A stretch of 10,577 nucleotides of DNA from the NCBI GenBank assembly GCA_000388065.2, contig KB932235.1; one strand, given 5' to 3'. This DNA comes from Fonticula alba ATCC 38817 (taxonomy: Eukaryota > Protista > Nucleariida). Shown here in pieces: positions 9,805 through 10,577 of the stretch; the stretch's first letter is position 1, and every line of letters starts with the position of its first letter. Position numbers and translations under genes: made by a program. Below the pieces are notes generated by a model that saw only the letters and a program-made list of their open reading frames with translations, made no database searches and had not been told where the DNA came from.

Positions 9805-10510
9805 AACACACAAGCCCCCCTGCTCTGCCAGCGGCGGGGGACGCGCACCAATCGGGAAGACCGTGATCCGAACATCGATCGCTGCGGCCACATGCTGCGC
9901 CGGGGCGAGCATGGATCCAAGGGAGGGTTAGTATCGCGGGGCCGAGCGGCAGGTCGCGAAGGGGCATCCGCACGTCGCCATTGTCCCAGAATTCGATCGT
10001 CCCATTGCAATGCGGGCAGGCCGATGTGCGTGTCAAGACCGCAAAGCCCGCGGGCTTGGTCGGGTCGACGAAGCGCTCCAGGGGGAAGTCCTTGTCCTCT
10101 TCTTCCTCTTCCTCGTCGTCCTCCTCCTCTTCTTCCTCGTCGTCGTCATCGTCACGGGCATGGCGCGCGTGGCTGGCCCAGCTTCTCTGCCGGTCCAGAT
10201 GGCGCGCGTGCAGCGCCAGCAATGCGAAGGGGACTGGCCTCGGGCGGGCATGGGGTCAGTGTCGCCGCTGGAGCGTGTGCCCGGGGTGCCGGTGTGTAGG
10301 GGCGGCGAGGCTGGAGTGCGTACGTGGCAGGCCGGATTCCGGCTTGGCGTCCTTCTCGGCATCGGCCAAAGCCAACTGAGTCAGCCTCGACTGGGGGATG
10401 CCATATTCGGTGGGCTCGTTCGAGGCCGCGTGGGCAATCGCCAAAAGGCATGCCGAAAGCAGCAGGCATAGGGCCGCGCCCAGGCGCCCTGCCGGCGAGG
10501 CCTGTGGCAT
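6245..10510 (-). CDS. Secreted, probably GPI-anchored protein with two tandem Cu/Zn-SOD-fold domains lacking canonical metal ligands, 930 aa
   Basis: Frame-consistent exons (minus): 10510-10324, 10233-9974, 9894-9849, 9688-9495, 9402-9341, 9192-8738, 8570-8350, 8136-7729, 7507-7410, 7316-6739, 6528-6245 (2793 nt). SOD1 landmarks occur twice in order. D1: FAVL, NGTIEF, LHLHTYGDL, SVGPFF, EEHVGDFGHITIDSTG, NYIIGRSVVLY, RIALAGVIG. D2: HAVAV, NGIAYF, ASVHTFGDI, FAGDIFLP, RKPGDLGRM, SILGRAYGLR, HLGVIG. Intron 2 has a TACTAAC branch site. There are five N-glycosylation sequons (NGT twice, NLT, NIT, NAS). Confidence 0.82.
6248..6340 (-). other. C-terminal GPI-anchor signal (or tail membrane anchor)
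   Basis: NGASGWLPAGVTLLAAMRLAMATATALLIWA* has small residues (candidate omega site N/G/S), a short spacer and a hydrophobic tail ending at the stop, with no cytosolic tail. Confidence 0.65.
6674..6715. repeat. Heptamer tandem repeat (GGACGCC)n in intron 10 of the SOD-like gene
   Basis: Four perfect units at 6681-6708 plus degenerate flanking units. Confidence 0.9.
7509..7562. repeat. (TG/CA)n microsatellite abutting the intron 8 acceptor of the SOD-like gene
   Basis: About 27 dinucleotide units with two interruptions; the sense strand reads ...ACACACACAG|GGA. Confidence 0.95.
8141..8172. repeat. (AGCC)8 microsatellite abutting the intron 7 acceptor of the SOD-like gene
   Basis: Eight perfect units; the sense strand reads (GGCT)n-GCAG|TTC. 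Confidence 0.95.
9301..9319. repeat. (TCGC)n short repeat in intron 5 of the SOD-like gene
   Basis: tcgctcgctcgctcgctcg. Confidence 0.85.
9775..9812. repeat. C17 run plus (CA)n tract in intron 3 of the SOD-like gene
   Basis: Read directly from the sequence. Confidence 0.9.
10427..10510 (-). other. Signal peptide of the SOD-like protein
   Basis: MPQASPAGRLGAALCLLLSACLLAIAHA has a basic n-region, a hydrophobic h-region and an A-H-A (A-X-A) cleavage site. Confidence 0.8.
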
Positions 10511-10577
10511 GTCACTGGCCAAGGGGTCGCGAGACACGCGGCGTCCTCCTCAAAGAGCCGTGGCAGCGGGGGGGGGG

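Larger units (their letters stand above)
8796..10045 (-). other. SOD-like domain 1
   Basis: Runs from FAVL to GVIG. Retains the His46, His48, His80 and Asp83 equivalents (human SOD1 numbering, manual alignment). Confidence 0.8.

Noticed and set aside
9849-9973. Read-through of ORF 9446-10222 (VRMPLRDLP...CGRSDRCSDH) as a Cys-rich domain
   Set aside because: 9973-9895 has a GTGCGG donor, a TACTAAC branch site and a CAG acceptor; splicing it restores SOD strand 3 in another frame.
9981-10379. Poly-Ser ORF on the plus strand
   Set aside because: It is the antisense reading of the Asp/Glu tract of the SOD-like gene.
6245-10510. Annotation as an active Cu/Zn SOD, copper-only SOD or CCS chaperone
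   Set aside because: His63 and His120 equivalents are missing in both domains, loop VII is expanded rather than deleted, and there is no Atx1-like domain or C-terminal CXC; the protein is secretory.
1-10577. RNA genes (tRNA, rRNA, intronic snoRNA) and species assignment
   Set aside because: No cloverleaf, rRNA or convincing C/D or H/ACA box pairs were seen by eye, and GC content and intron style do not name the organism without a search.

Overview
GC-rich, intron-dense eukaryotic genomic DNA, probably from a unicellular eukaryote; the lineage cannot be fixed from sequence alone. The ORF track is mostly shadow ORFs, and the real genes appear only after splicing. I hand-built three frame-consistent GT-AG gene models. 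(1) A divergent DNA ligase IV on the minus strand (13 exons, 3810 to 68, running off the left edge within a BRCT domain). (2) A membrin/GOSR2/Bos1 Qb-SNARE on the plus strand (6 exons, 4439-5882, 265 aa), head-to-head with the ligase. (3) A 930-aa protein on the minus strand (11 exons, 10510 to 6245) with a signal peptide, a GPI-type C-terminus and two tandem Cu/Zn-superoxide-dismutase-fold domains. Gene 3 is the most interesting element. Both domains have lost essential Cu/Zn ligands and the conserved disulfide, and they carry very large loop-VII insertions, a CPHC motif, acidic or Tyr-rich tracts and furin-like sites. The two domains share intron positions. It looks like a surface-anchored SOD pseudoenzyme rather than a canonical or copper-only SOD. 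Nearly all predicted splice donors read GTNCG instead of GTRAG. All models are manual predictions without transcript or database confirmation.
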